Part shown: piece after piece, positions 8,223 to 18,398 of the stretch | Layout: each line of letters starts with the position of its first letter | Position numbering within the stretch: the first letter of the stretch is position 1 | NCBI GenBank assembly: GCA_964507855.1 | Contig: CAZDQS010000004.1 | Location: 80,888-122,182 of the forward strand | Length of the DNA stretch: 41,295 nt | Origin: an uncultured Candidatus Saccharibacteria bacterium | Lineage (GTDB): Bacteria; Patescibacteriota; Saccharimonadia; Saccharimonadales; CAZDQS01 | Direction of reading: 5' to 3' | Program-made: the position numbers and the translations under genes | The notes under the pieces: model-generated | What the model was told of the DNA's origin: nothing | Seen by the model: only the letters and a program-made list of their open reading frames with translations | Databases searched by the model: none

Positions 8223-9527
8223 CTACAGGTTCACGAGCGTCTTACGCCAGAGCGGCGTGAGCTCGCTATGTAGCTCCTGGACGAACTCATCGCCACAGTT
8301 GCTTAGGGCGCCAAAGCCCCAAATATCTTCCCGGAACAAATCGCGGGCGATCTTAATGACACTATCCTTTGTAATTGCGGAAATGCGTTCCGGCAGCTGG
8401 TAGTAGTCCTCTATCTTGCCGTCAAAAAAGTAGCGCGTGCTATAGCCGTTAGCCGTGCCGCCGACCGTCTGGGCACTGCGCTGGTAACGCCCGAGCATAT
8501 ACTGCTTGGCCATTTCGATATCTTCGTCCGCCAAGTTGCCCTCAAATACAGTTACAAGCTCCGTCACCATAATGTCAAACAATGCCCGGGCGTTACGCGG
8601 CATCACCTGCGCGCCGAACCACCAGTTCGTGCTCTGCCAGGCCTGGCTGAAGCCCGAGCTCATGTGATATACCAATCCGCGCTCACGCGCCGTTCCTAAA
8701 ATGCGCGAGTACAGCGTCTCGGTCAGCATTGTGTTAAGCAGGCTCAAGGCATCGGACTCCGGATCGTCCATCCGCCGCCGCATGAACGTGTCAGTATAAA
8801 AATACAAGTTATCTACGGATTCATTCGGAATATAGAGCGGTTTTTTGAGCGACCGTGGCCGTTCATTCGGCAGCGGCGTCCTGCCATCGCCTTCCGATAA
8901 TTCAACCGTATTAAAGAGTGTTTCAATAGTCTTGCGACGCTTGGCCGGGATGTTGCCGGCAATAACGAATCTCAGGTTGCTGGAGGTGTGGGTCTTTTCG
9001 TAGTGCTCGCGGATATCTTGCACCGTGACGTTATCCATGAGTCTTAGCCGCTCCTGGTCGGTCAGCACCGAGAAGCCGTACTGTTCACGCAGCGCCAGCG
9101 ACAAATTGCGGAAATGATTGTTTGAACGGGCAGTCAGCTCTTCGCGAACATTACCAAACTCAGCCTCGAACTCATCCGGCAGGAACAGCGGCCGGGTAAT
9201 CGCCACCAGCAGCAGGCCGAGTACCCGATCCCATTCGAAGTCAGCACATTCCGCCTCATACGTAATGTCATACGTGCCGGTAGAGGCGTTGGAATACGCG
9301 CCGTTACGCTCAAACTCTGCCTGGAAGGCCCGAGCCTTCGGAACCATTTCGTTCGCACCAAGCAACAGATGCTCCATGAGGTGCGGCGTTTCCCATTTTT
9401 CGCGCTCCACGAGGTATTCACCTGCCCGAAAGTTGATATCAAACGTCATGACGCTGGCCTGCGGGATGTGGACCAGCAGACCTTGGACACCGTTCTTTAG
9501 TTTTATCTCTTGTACCGTATGTTTCAT
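8223..9527 (-). CDS. M16 family (pitrilysin/insulinase-like) zinc peptidase
   Basis: Has the inverted zinc motif HLMEH (HxxEH) near the N-terminus. The ~430-aa two-lobe length is typical of M16. Confidence 0.85.
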   Translation of the reverse strand: MKHTVQEIKLKNGVQGLLVHIPQASVMTFDINFRAGEYLVEREKWETPHLMEHLLLGANEMVPKARAFQAEFERNGAYSNASTGTYDITYEAECADFEWDRVLGLLLVAITRPLFLPDEFEAEFGNVREELTARSNNHFRNLSLALREQYGFSVLTDQERLRLMDNVTVQDIREHYEKTHTSSNLRFVIAGNIPAKRRKTIETLFNTVELSEGDGRTPLPNERPRSLKKPLYIPNESVDNLYFYTDTFMRRRMDDPESDALSLLNTMLTETLYSRILGTARERGLVYHMSSGFSQAWQSTNWWFGAQVMPRNARALFDIMVTELVTVFEGNLADEDIEMAKQYMLGRYQRSAQTVGGTANGYSTRYFFDGKIEDYYQLPERISAITKDSVIKIARDLFREDIWGFGALSNCGDEFVQELHSELTPLWRKTLVNL

Positions 9528-9559
9528 GTGGATGTGTTCGCCGGGATACCCAACAATCC

Positions 9560-9584
9560 TCGCCAGAGCGTTCCGCCCTGGCGA
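9560..9584 (-). terminator. stem-loop just after the secA stop (weak candidate terminator)
   Basis: TCGCCAG (9560-9566) pairs with CTGGCGA (9578-9584) around an 11-nt loop. There is no clear U-tract. Confidence 0.25.
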
Positions 9585-9598
9585 AAGACCGCGCCCCC

Positions 9599-12208
<2,610 letters not shown>

Positions 12209-12351
12209 AAGGTCGCTTCTGTCTCCTCCTCGACTCGATATTCTGAGAATACATTGTACCGTATACGAGCGCTCCGTGCGACCGTGAAATATGAATTAAT
12301 AACTCATTTTAAGCTCAACCCTTCGGTCTGTCCGTTCCGGCCAGCCCCGAG

Positions 12352-12586
12352 CTACTTTTTGTATGGACAAAAGTAGCCAAAAAACCATCGGGCGGTTGTA
12401 ACGGCCTCGATGTATCTATTGTACAAAACAGGCTTGCTGCGGAACTCATGAAAAACTTGCCACTGGCAATTTTTCCACTCAAACAGTCCTCGCACCCAAG
12501 GGCGCCTCTTTTGTACAACATCTACTCGGGCCCGTTACAAATGCCCGGACCCAGACCAGCCGTGGATGCCCTTGCGGGCAGATTTT
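12352..12586 (+). ncRNA. candidate structured RNA, copy L (family not recognised; strand tentative)
   Basis: It aligns end to end with the reverse complement of 13409-13641. Five blocks of 10-16 nt are identical, and four hairpins keep their position but change sequence in a compensatory way. In this orientation it ends in TGCCC-ttgc-GGGCA followed by gaTTTT. The 68-aa ORF on the opposite strand is not conserved in the paralog. Confidence 0.5.
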
Positions 12587-12604
12587 GAATTACAGGGGTA
12601 GATA

Positions 12605-12633
12605 TTGACTATTTAGTGATTTTATGATACAAT
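12605..12633 (+). promoter_or_regulatory. sigma70-type promoter TTGACT-17nt-TACAAT (TGa extended -10)
   Basis: TTGACT at 12605-12610, a 17-nt spacer, and TACAAT at 12628-12633 preceded by TGa. It points at the small ORF starting at 12807. Confidence 0.6.
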
Positions 12634-12639
12634 GAGAAG

Positions 12640-12806
12640 ATAGGGTCGGTTGAGTTTTGATGAGATTCCTGTCTCCTCCCTGCCCTTGTATTTTGACAAG
12701 CAGACAGACACAAGGTGAGTTCTGATGGCGCTCTCAAGCAGCGCCCTTGTATCTCACCTTGTACAAGGATGAGAGACTGACTATACACAAACCAGGAGGA
12801 AAGACC
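12640..12806 (+). promoter_or_regulatory. long structured 5' leader (candidate riboswitch/attenuator) of the small membrane-protein gene
   Basis: Two adjacent nested stem-loops: 12669-12707 (CTGTCT/AGACAG enclosing CTTGT/ACAAG) and 12710-12762 (ACAAGGTGAG/CTCACCTTGT enclosing GGCGCT/AGCGCC). A direct repeat GCCCTTGTAT occurs at 12682 and 12743. SD AGGAGG at 12794-12799. Confidence 0.4.
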
Positions 12807-13217
12807 ATGGGGCTTGTATTCATGAGCTATGTTGTTTTGATCATCGTGGGAGTGGTAGCCGCACTCATGCCCATTCTTGCGATTGTCATAGTTGCAAGAA
12901 GTATTGTGAGAGTGATGGAGAGTGGGCGGAGCCAATTGGTGGCCGTCGCAATCATCGCTGCCCTGATCGTCGGCTACGGACAACTCGTGTACTCGTACCT
13001 GTTTAGTACGCACCACACCACCTTTGTGCGTGAGGAAGGTATTTCGCCCTACCTGCTGGAGTATAAAGTAATCGAGACGAACAAGGGCGATTTCAGGCTG
13101 GACCGCGACACACCCTCCCCCCGAGCAGGAGTCACGTATCGAGGCAGTTACCGGCGCGGCTTTTCATGGCTGGCCATGCCCCCCAAGCTTGTCTCGTTCG
13201 AGGAACGGCATCCATAA
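12807..13217 (+). CDS. small membrane protein (136 aa, two N-terminal TM helices plus a soluble C-terminal region)
   Basis: ATG at 12807 lies 7 nt after a perfect AGGAGG. The sequence begins MGLVFMSYVVLIIVGVVAALMPILAIVIVARS...LVAVAIIAALIVGYGQLVY. It is one of only four plus-strand genes in the window. I recognise no family. Confidence 0.6.
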   Translation: MGLVFMSYVVLIIVGVVAALMPILAIVIVARSIVRVMESGRSQLVAVAIIAALIVGYGQLVYSYLFSTHHTTFVREEGISPYLLEYKVIETNKGDFRLDRDTPSPRAGVTYRGSYRRGFSWLAMPPKLVSFEERHP

Positions 13218-13408
13218 GCCTTACAAACCCTCGGAACGTAGAGCCCCTTCCCAGGCGGGTCTGGCCAGCAAGCAGCGGTAAAGATATACCAAAGCCGCGC
13301 CTGCTCCTTGGCTCTTCTTTGTGTATCCTTATCCCTGTCTGCTTGTCATCTCCGCTTTCATGAATGTGTGTTCATGCTGACGAGCTGAAAACAGCGAAAA
13401 GCAATTAT

Positions 13409-13641
13409 AAAAATTGTGCTGAAGCACTCCACGGCTGGTTTCCCAGGTTCTGAAAATTCCTGACTAGATGTTGTGAGAAAGAGGCGCCCTTGGGCGTGAG
13501 GACTGTTCGAGCCAAAATAGTGCCGGCGGCACTGTTTTGGTGAGTTCCGCAGCGAGCCTCTTTATGACAACAGATAGGTCAAGATATTTTCAGTTGCCTG
13601 CGGCGTTTTTGCCTACTTTTGCTGCTGCTGGCAAAAGTAGG
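13409..13641 (-). ncRNA. candidate structured RNA, copy R (paralog of 12352-12586, inverted; strand tentative)
   Basis: It is the mirror copy of element L and begins 38 nt after the hpf stop. Hairpin CCTACTTTTGC/GCAAAAGTAGG (13612-13641). Hairpin CCAAAAcAGTGCC-gcc-GGCACTaTTTTGG (reverse complement of 13512-13540). Short terminal hairpin GTGC-ttca-GCAC followed by aaTTTTT. Confidence 0.5.
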
Positions 13642-13678
13642 TCAGGACTAGCGCTGAAAGCGATAGGCTGGAAATAGA

Positions 13679-14050
13679 CTAAGCAGCTGGGGCGCGACGG
13701 CGCTTGAGGCGATTGAGCAAACGCTTGCGCAGGCGCAAGTGGCTGTGCGCTTCCTTGTACTTCTTCAGCTGATTCTTGAGCTTCGACTCGACGATATCAA
13801 TCGCGGCAAACATATTGATGGTCGTTTCCTCGACAATGATATCTTCGCCTGGTACGTGCATCCGCACCGTACACGTGCACTGCTTCTTACCCTTGCCGCT
13901 TGACTCCTTGAGCCGCACCTCGACATACAGGCCGTCGCGGGCTTTGCGGGGCAAGTAGCGATCGAGCTTGCCAATCTTCTTGTGCACGTACTTTTTCAGA
14001 TCTTCTGTCAGTTCAAATTGTATGGCGTCGATATCTATTTTTTGTATCAT
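13679..14050 (-). CDS. hpf: ribosome hibernation promoting factor / RaiA family protein (short form with basic tail)
   Basis: 123 aa. The fold signature of the sigma-54 modulation/S30EA family is present (IQKIDIDAIQFELTEDLKKYVHKKIGKLDRYL...). SD AGGAGAAGG upstream. Confidence 0.9.
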   Translation of the reverse strand: MIQKIDIDAIQFELTEDLKKYVHKKIGKLDRYLPRKARDGLYVEVRLKESSGKGKKQCTCTVRMHVPGEDIIVEETTINMFAAIDIVESKLKNQLKKYKEAHSHLRLRKRLLNRLKRRRAPAA

Positions 14051-14095
14051 GCCTTCTCCTGCTTATCTTTTTTATTATGGCACTGCCTTTTTGTA

Positions 14096-15346
14096 TCAGA
14101 TGTGAGTTTTATCACCCATATACGGGCGCAGTACTTCGGGAATTGCTACGTTTCCATCCTTGTCCTGATAATTCTCGATGATGGCTATGGCCATACGGCT
14201 CATCGCCGCTGCCGTACCATTCAACGTATGGACGAACCGAGTTTCTCCCTCTGGGGTACGGTAACGGATGTTCAGGCGCCGCGCCTGGTAATCCGTCACG
14301 TTCGAGCAACTCATCAGCTCGCGGTACGCCTGGTCAACGGGACTCCAGTATTCGATATCGTACTTCTTATACGCTGGCGCGCCGAGGTCGCCGGCGGCAA
14401 TCCGCACCAGCTGGTACGGTAGGCCGAGCGCCTGACACAACTCTTCTTCGAGCTGCACCAGCTTCTCGTGCCAGGCTTCGCTTTCTTCTGGCTTGCAGAA
14501 GACATATAACTCCAACTTGTTGAACTGATGCACGCGGTACAGGCCGCGACTATGCTTGCCATACGCGCCGGCTTCCATCCGGTAAGCCGGACTAAGACCA
14601 ACATAAAGTATCGGTAACGACTCGGCATCAAGAATCTCATCAGCATGGTAGCCCGTGAGCGGGATTTCTGCTGTAGCAATGAGGTTTAGATCCTCACCCT
14701 CAATCTTGTAGATTTGGCGCTCTTCCCCCCGCGGCAAGAAGCCGGTGCCGCTCACCGTGCGGGTATTGACCAGATGCGGCACGGTCATGGGCGTGAAGCC
14801 ATACTTCTCTGCAAGCGATAAGGCAAACTGGAAAACCGCCAACTCAAGTTGCACAAGGTTACCCTTCAGGTAGTAAAACTTATTGCCGGCCACCTTAGCG
14901 CCACGCTCGAAGTCTATCAGTCCGCGCTGCTCGCCCCACGACTGGTGGTCAATAATGGCAAAGTCCTGCTTGCCAGTCTCGCCCCACTGCTTCTCTGGCT
15001 TATTGGCCTCTTCGCCGCCGAGCGGTGTATCGTCAGGAAAGATATTCGGCACCGCGCCAAGCAGCTCGTCGTACTCCGCCATGACGGGTTCAAGCTCGGC
15101 TTCAAGCTGACTGATTTGCTCCTTGAAGCGCTTCCCTTCCTCTATCTGCTCCGGGGTTGGCTTGGTTTTCTTGAGTTGGTCTGCCAAAGTATTGCGCTTG
15201 GCGCGAACCTCTTCGATTTGCTGCACAGCATTTCGCCGCTGTTCATCAACCTGCAGCAGGCGCGGGATATCTACCTCGACGTGTTTTTGTTCGGCTTTTT
15301 TGCTGACAAGCTCGGCATTGTCACGGATAAACTGTATATCTAGCAT
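14096..15346 (-). CDS. serS: seryl-tRNA synthetase
   Basis: 416 aa. N-terminal coiled-coil arm (MLDIQFIRDN...) and a class II catalytic core (GLYRVHQFNKLE, TLNGTAAA). Confidence 0.97.
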   Translation of the reverse strand: MLDIQFIRDNAELVSKKAEQKHVEVDIPRLLQVDEQRRNAVQQIEEVRAKRNTLADQLKKTKPTPEQIEEGKRFKEQISQLEAELEPVMAEYDELLGAVPNIFPDDTPLGGEEANKPEKQWGETGKQDFAIIDHQSWGEQRGLIDFERGAKVAGNKFYYLKGNLVQLELAVFQFALSLAEKYGFTPMTVPHLVNTRTVSGTGFLPRGEERQIYKIEGEDLNLIATAEIPLTGYHADEILDAESLPILYVGLSPAYRMEAGAYGKHSRGLYRVHQFNKLELYVFCKPEESEAWHEKLVQLEEELCQALGLPYQLVRIAAGDLGAPAYKKYDIEYWSPVDQAYRELMSCSNVTDYQARRLNIRYRTPEGETRFVHTLNGTAAAMSRMAIAIIENYQDKDGNVAIPEVLRPYMGDKTHI

Positions 15347-15393
15347 GGCTTTAGTATATCGAAAGCGAAGTTAATTCAGAAGTAATTGCTGGC

Positions 15394-16182
15394 TCAGACA
15401 TGAACCAAGCATCGGCTGCCAAGCAGCTTGCCGGCGTGGATAGCTCGGTCGGCTGTGGCTTCTGCTATCCTGCCTGTCGTCTCATCAGAAGCAATGCCAG
15501 CTAGCCGGTGCGCAACTCCATGTACGATAAAGTCTCGTATAGCCGGCTCGCCGCCTTCGGGTGTCCGGCTGTTTTTCCGCGTGGCGGCCGCGAGCGCAAA
15601 ATCCGTACTCGCCTCTACCCGCGCCATTATCTCTGTCCGGCGACAAAGTGGCCACAGCAATCCGTACGACGGGGATGAAAACGTATGGTGTGTTCCAATC
15701 CCTACGGCTATTTCTTCGTCGAGACTTTCTTGCTTAGCCATAATATACCCATATATCGTATGCGGCTTCATTGCCTCGTATTTCTCATCATCCCAACCAA
15801 TTCCCGTCCTGCTGGATTCTATGACATCTGGTCGTTGCCTCTCGACCACCAACTTTCCAACGTCATTCAACATATCCGCGACCAGCATCTTTGCCGGATT
15901 CGGCAAATCGGCTGTATCCTGACCCGCCTCTTCACGATCCCTGACCAGTAGAGCCAGCACGTTCATGCCAATTGGCAGGCCCAAGGCGACCTCTCTTCCC
16001 CACTCCGGGTACCTTTCATAAAAAGGAGTAAAAAGACGCAGCGCCGAACTGCGCATGCTACTCGGCACCTCTGCTGCGGCCATCTCTTCCTCAATCAGCG
16101 TCCAATAGTCCGGTTCCCCGTTGACAATGCCTGGCTGCAGATTGCTTGCCGCCTCTACTGTGTGTATGTAGCTTTCGGCCAT
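15394..16182 (-). CDS. HD-superfamily-like protein with a degenerate metal site (HD replaced by ND)
   Basis: MLNDVGKL sits where HD-GYP/HD proteins carry LHDIGK. Downstream are KPHTIYGYIM and GIGTHHTF, resembling the later His motifs. The family assignment comes from motif recollection only. Confidence 0.55.
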   Translation of the reverse strand: MAESYIHTVEAASNLQPGIVNGEPDYWTLIEEEMAAAEVPSSMRSSALRLFTPFYERYPEWGREVALGLPIGMNVLALLVRDREEAGQDTADLPNPAKMLVADMLNDVGKLVVERQRPDVIESSRTGIGWDDEKYEAMKPHTIYGYIMAKQESLDEEIAVGIGTHHTFSSPSYGLLWPLCRRTEIMARVEASTDFALAAATRKNSRTPEGGEPAIRDFIVHGVAHRLAGIASDETTGRIAEATADRAIHAGKLLGSRCLVHV

Positions 16183-16307
16183 AAATAAAAGCCACCCGCA
16201 CCATTATGTTGATAAATTATAAAAATCCCTGCTTAAGAACTAGCTTGGCCACCGGACGAAACTATTTCTCAAAAGGGACTTCGTATGCCTGACATTATAC
16301 TCCTTTG

Positions 16308-17105
16308 TCAAGCAATTTTCTGCTGGCTTGCCCGAAGCGCTTTAATCGTCAGCTCCATACGCTGGCGCGCATAGGCGCAAAACTCGCATTCGCCCCCCAT
16401 TGCGCTGCTGCCAACCGGTGGCATATCACCCTCGAGGCACTCTTTCATCTTCATAAGCGTCGGCTCAACCCAATCGTCTTTACCGATGTGCGGGAAGACA
16501 TGGGTAGTGAACTTCACGACATCATTAAACCCATCACCGTTCATATCGCCGGTCGCGTAGACAAAGTAACCCGTATCGCTCACCGGAAAGCCGTTCTGAC
16601 GCAGCAGCCACTGGTACGTTTCCATCTGCCGACGGTAACCATCATGCCAGGTTCCGACCGGGCCGAGGTTTGTCACCGGCTTGTCTTTGGCAGTCGCCTT
16701 GTAGTCCACGACGATAAGGTTGCCATCATCGTCCACCCACACATCATCAACTGCGCCGAAGACGTGGAGGTTTGTTGGCTCATGAAGTGTAAAAACACCG
16801 GTAAAATTCTCGCGCCACGTATCGATGTCCTGGTGCGCAAACGGCTTGGCCTTGACGCTGAATTTCACCTGAAGCGGGTGCTGCGTCCCAGCGGCACGAT
16901 GTGCGTCAAATTCGCGCTTGAACAGCTCATCGATTGCCTTATTGATATTAAACGGCGGGCCATCAGGCCGCTTGATCTTCAGCCGCGCATCCAACCAGAA
17001 ACAGCGCGGACACTGCAAAAACAGCTCGATTTTGCTGCGGCTGACTTTAAACGGTGTTGTTTGCCCGGGCTGGTACGGGACGGACCGCTCCCTCCAATAA
17101 TTCAT
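16308..17105 (-). CDS. PD-(D/E)XK nuclease superfamily protein, Cas4/RecB-like with Cys cluster
   Basis: The core is GAVDDVWVDDDGNLIVVDYKAT (D...D/ExK). Cysteines: CPRC at residues 32-35, then C223, C240 and C243 (ECEFC). The opposite-strand 286-aa ORF is a shadow. Confidence 0.75.
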   Translation of the reverse strand: MNYWRERSVPYQPGQTTPFKVSRSKIELFLQCPRCFWLDARLKIKRPDGPPFNINKAIDELFKREFDAHRAAGTQHPLQVKFSVKAKPFAHQDIDTWRENFTGVFTLHEPTNLHVFGAVDDVWVDDDGNLIVVDYKATAKDKPVTNLGPVGTWHDGYRRQMETYQWLLRQNGFPVSDTGYFVYATGDMNGDGFNDVVKFTTHVFPHIGKDDWVEPTLMKMKECLEGDMPPVGSSAMGGECEFCAYARQRMELTIKALRASQQKIA

Positions 17106-17109
17106 CTCT

Positions 17110-17808
17110 CTATTGTAGCAGCTTGGCGCTTGCGGTTACACAGGCGGTTTCGGCACGGAGCGTGAAGTCACCGAGGTGCAAGCGGGCTATCTCCTGCAGC
17201 GTAAACAGATTGTTCTCACTGTCCGACCAACCGCCTTCCGGCCCGACAAACACGCCGGCCCGGTCGTAAGCTGGCAGCTTTTTCTTCTTGTCATCCTCCA
17301 ACTGGTCACACACATAAAGCGGTATCTTGCCCGAAAATTCATGCAAAGCAGTCTGTAGCAAAATCGGCTCACGCACCCGCGGAATGTCACTCCGGCCACA
17401 CTGCTCGGCAGCTTCGAGGACAATCTTCTCCGCGCGCTCAACGTCAAAGCCCTTCTTCTCGCTCCGTTCGGCCAGCACCGGCACGAAGTGGCTAACCCCG
17501 AGCTCAGTACACTTTTGCAGCACCCATTCATTCTTGTCTTTTTTGAGCAACGACCAGAAGAGATATATATCCTTGGCAGGCGTTTTTCGGACAAAGTCCG
17601 TAATAAGCTCCAGGTGAGCGGCGTCGTCCTTGAGTTCCGTAATGACATAGAGCCGTTCGTGCTCTACGCCGTCAAACAGCACCACTTCCTGCCCGGCGCG
17701 ATATCGAAGCACCTTGCGCCACTGGTCAAGTACACGCTTGTCCTTCAGCCACACGTAATGTGTCAGTTCAATCTCGTCCGGTGAAACATAAAACCTATGC
17801 AGTCGCAT
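17110..17808 (-). CDS. rsmE: 16S rRNA (uracil1498-N3)-methyltransferase
   Basis: Typical RsmE N-terminus MRLHRFYV, a PUA-like region and a SPOUT C-terminal domain (GPEGGWS). 232 aa. Confidence 0.9.
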   Translation of the reverse strand: MRLHRFYVSPDEIELTHYVWLKDKRVLDQWRKVLRYRAGQEVVLFDGVEHERLYVITELKDDAAHLELITDFVRKTPAKDIYLFWSLLKKDKNEWVLQKCTELGVSHFVPVLAERSEKKGFDVERAEKIVLEAAEQCGRSDIPRVREPILLQTALHEFSGKIPLYVCDQLEDDKKKKLPAYDRAGVFVGPEGGWSDSENNLFTLQEIARLHLGDFTLRAETACVTASAKLLQ

Positions 17809-17841
17809 AGGTTTTATTCTCTCTCATCTTGATGATTTTTA

Positions 17842-18387
17842 CTATTGTTCTTGGATTTGCATATCTAATGATCCGCCCTCGAGATCATTGAAGCTATCAA
17901 AGTACGCATCCCAGTCGAAATCCTCATCGAATGAGTTAAACTGCTGGCTAATATATGGCTTGATGGTTTGGCAGTTCTCACCTTCCTTATGGCCATAACC
18001 AAGATACAGATAGCTCGGTTCGTAGTCATCGGGGTAATCAATTTCAAAGTCACCCGCACCGCGAGATAGCGCACCCAACAGAACCTCCGACGTGCCTACA
18101 CCATATCCGCGGCTGGCTGATTTGTACGTAACGCAAAACTTATACCGCTCATCAGACAACTTCGTATAGGTAATAGTTGCCGGAACGTCGCGGGCGCCCG
18201 CTGCGTCCAATGACTCCGGGATCTGATTGTTGTCATCGACATAATCGTTCAGTTGTTCGGCGATTTCTTTAGCCTTGCTTTCGGTTTGCTTATCTTGCTT
18301 GCCGGCCATACCCTTTTGGACCGTAAAGATCGTCAGCCCAAGCGTCAGGGCTGCCAGGAGGAGCAGGCCGATGTAGTATTTCTTCAT
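17842..18387 (-). CDS. hypothetical secreted/membrane-anchored protein with acidic C-terminus
   Basis: N-terminal signal/anchor MKKYYIGLLLLAALTLGLTIF and a D/E/F/Y-rich tail. No motif recognised. Confidence 0.55.
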   Translation of the reverse strand: MKKYYIGLLLLAALTLGLTIFTVQKGMAGKQDKQTESKAKEIAEQLNDYVDDNNQIPESLDAAGARDVPATITYTKLSDERYKFCVTYKSASRGYGVGTSEVLLGALSRGAGDFEIDYPDDYEPSYLYLGYGHKEGENCQTIKPYISQQFNSFDEDFDWDAYFDSFNDLEGGSLDMQIQEQ

Positions 18388-18398
18388 TGCTTAATCTC

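Noticed and set aside
12315-12521. 68-aa minus-strand ORF inside element L
   Set aside because: The paralogous copy R starts the same way (ATG TTG) but hits TGA at the third codon. The reading frame is therefore not conserved although the nucleotide blocks are, and there is no SD.
12657-12728. Hammerhead-like cores (UUGAUGAG at 12657-12664, CUGAUGG at 12722-12728)
   Set aside because: The required downstream GAAA and stem III partners are absent, and the first site has U instead of C. These are most likely chance matches.
12609-13016. 135-aa minus-strand ORF antisense to the small membrane-protein gene
   Set aside because: It runs through the plus-strand promoter, leader and SD. It has His/Asp/Asn-rich shadow composition and no RBS. 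The plus-strand ORF has a perfect AGGAGG-7nt-ATG.
12352-13641. Interpreting the ~235-bp inverted repeats as terminal inverted repeats of an IS, MITE or invertible DNA switch
   Set aside because: There is no transposase or recombinase between or beside them, and I could not identify flanking direct repeats. The arms have diverged too far for site-specific inversion. The pattern of conserved blocks plus compensatory hairpin changes fits selection on RNA structure better. A mobile origin cannot be fully excluded without genome-wide copies.
13639-13680. SRP-RNA-like string AGGUCAGG followed by a hairpin with a UGAAA loop closed by CGC/GCG, on the plus strand
   Set aside because: The rest of the domain IV consensus (symmetric and asymmetric loops, CAGCC) is missing. 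The segment also runs antisense into the hpf stop codon.
16305-17165. 286-aa plus-strand ORF, the longest non-annotated ORF
   Set aside because: It is exactly antisense to the PD-(D/E)XK nuclease gene, which has clear motifs. Its composition is Arg/Leu/His-rich shadow. The same reasoning rejects 2876-3553, 9118-9747, 18559-19155, 27356-27862, 29566-30162 and 37668-38276 on the plus strand, and the other short overlapping ORFs in the track.
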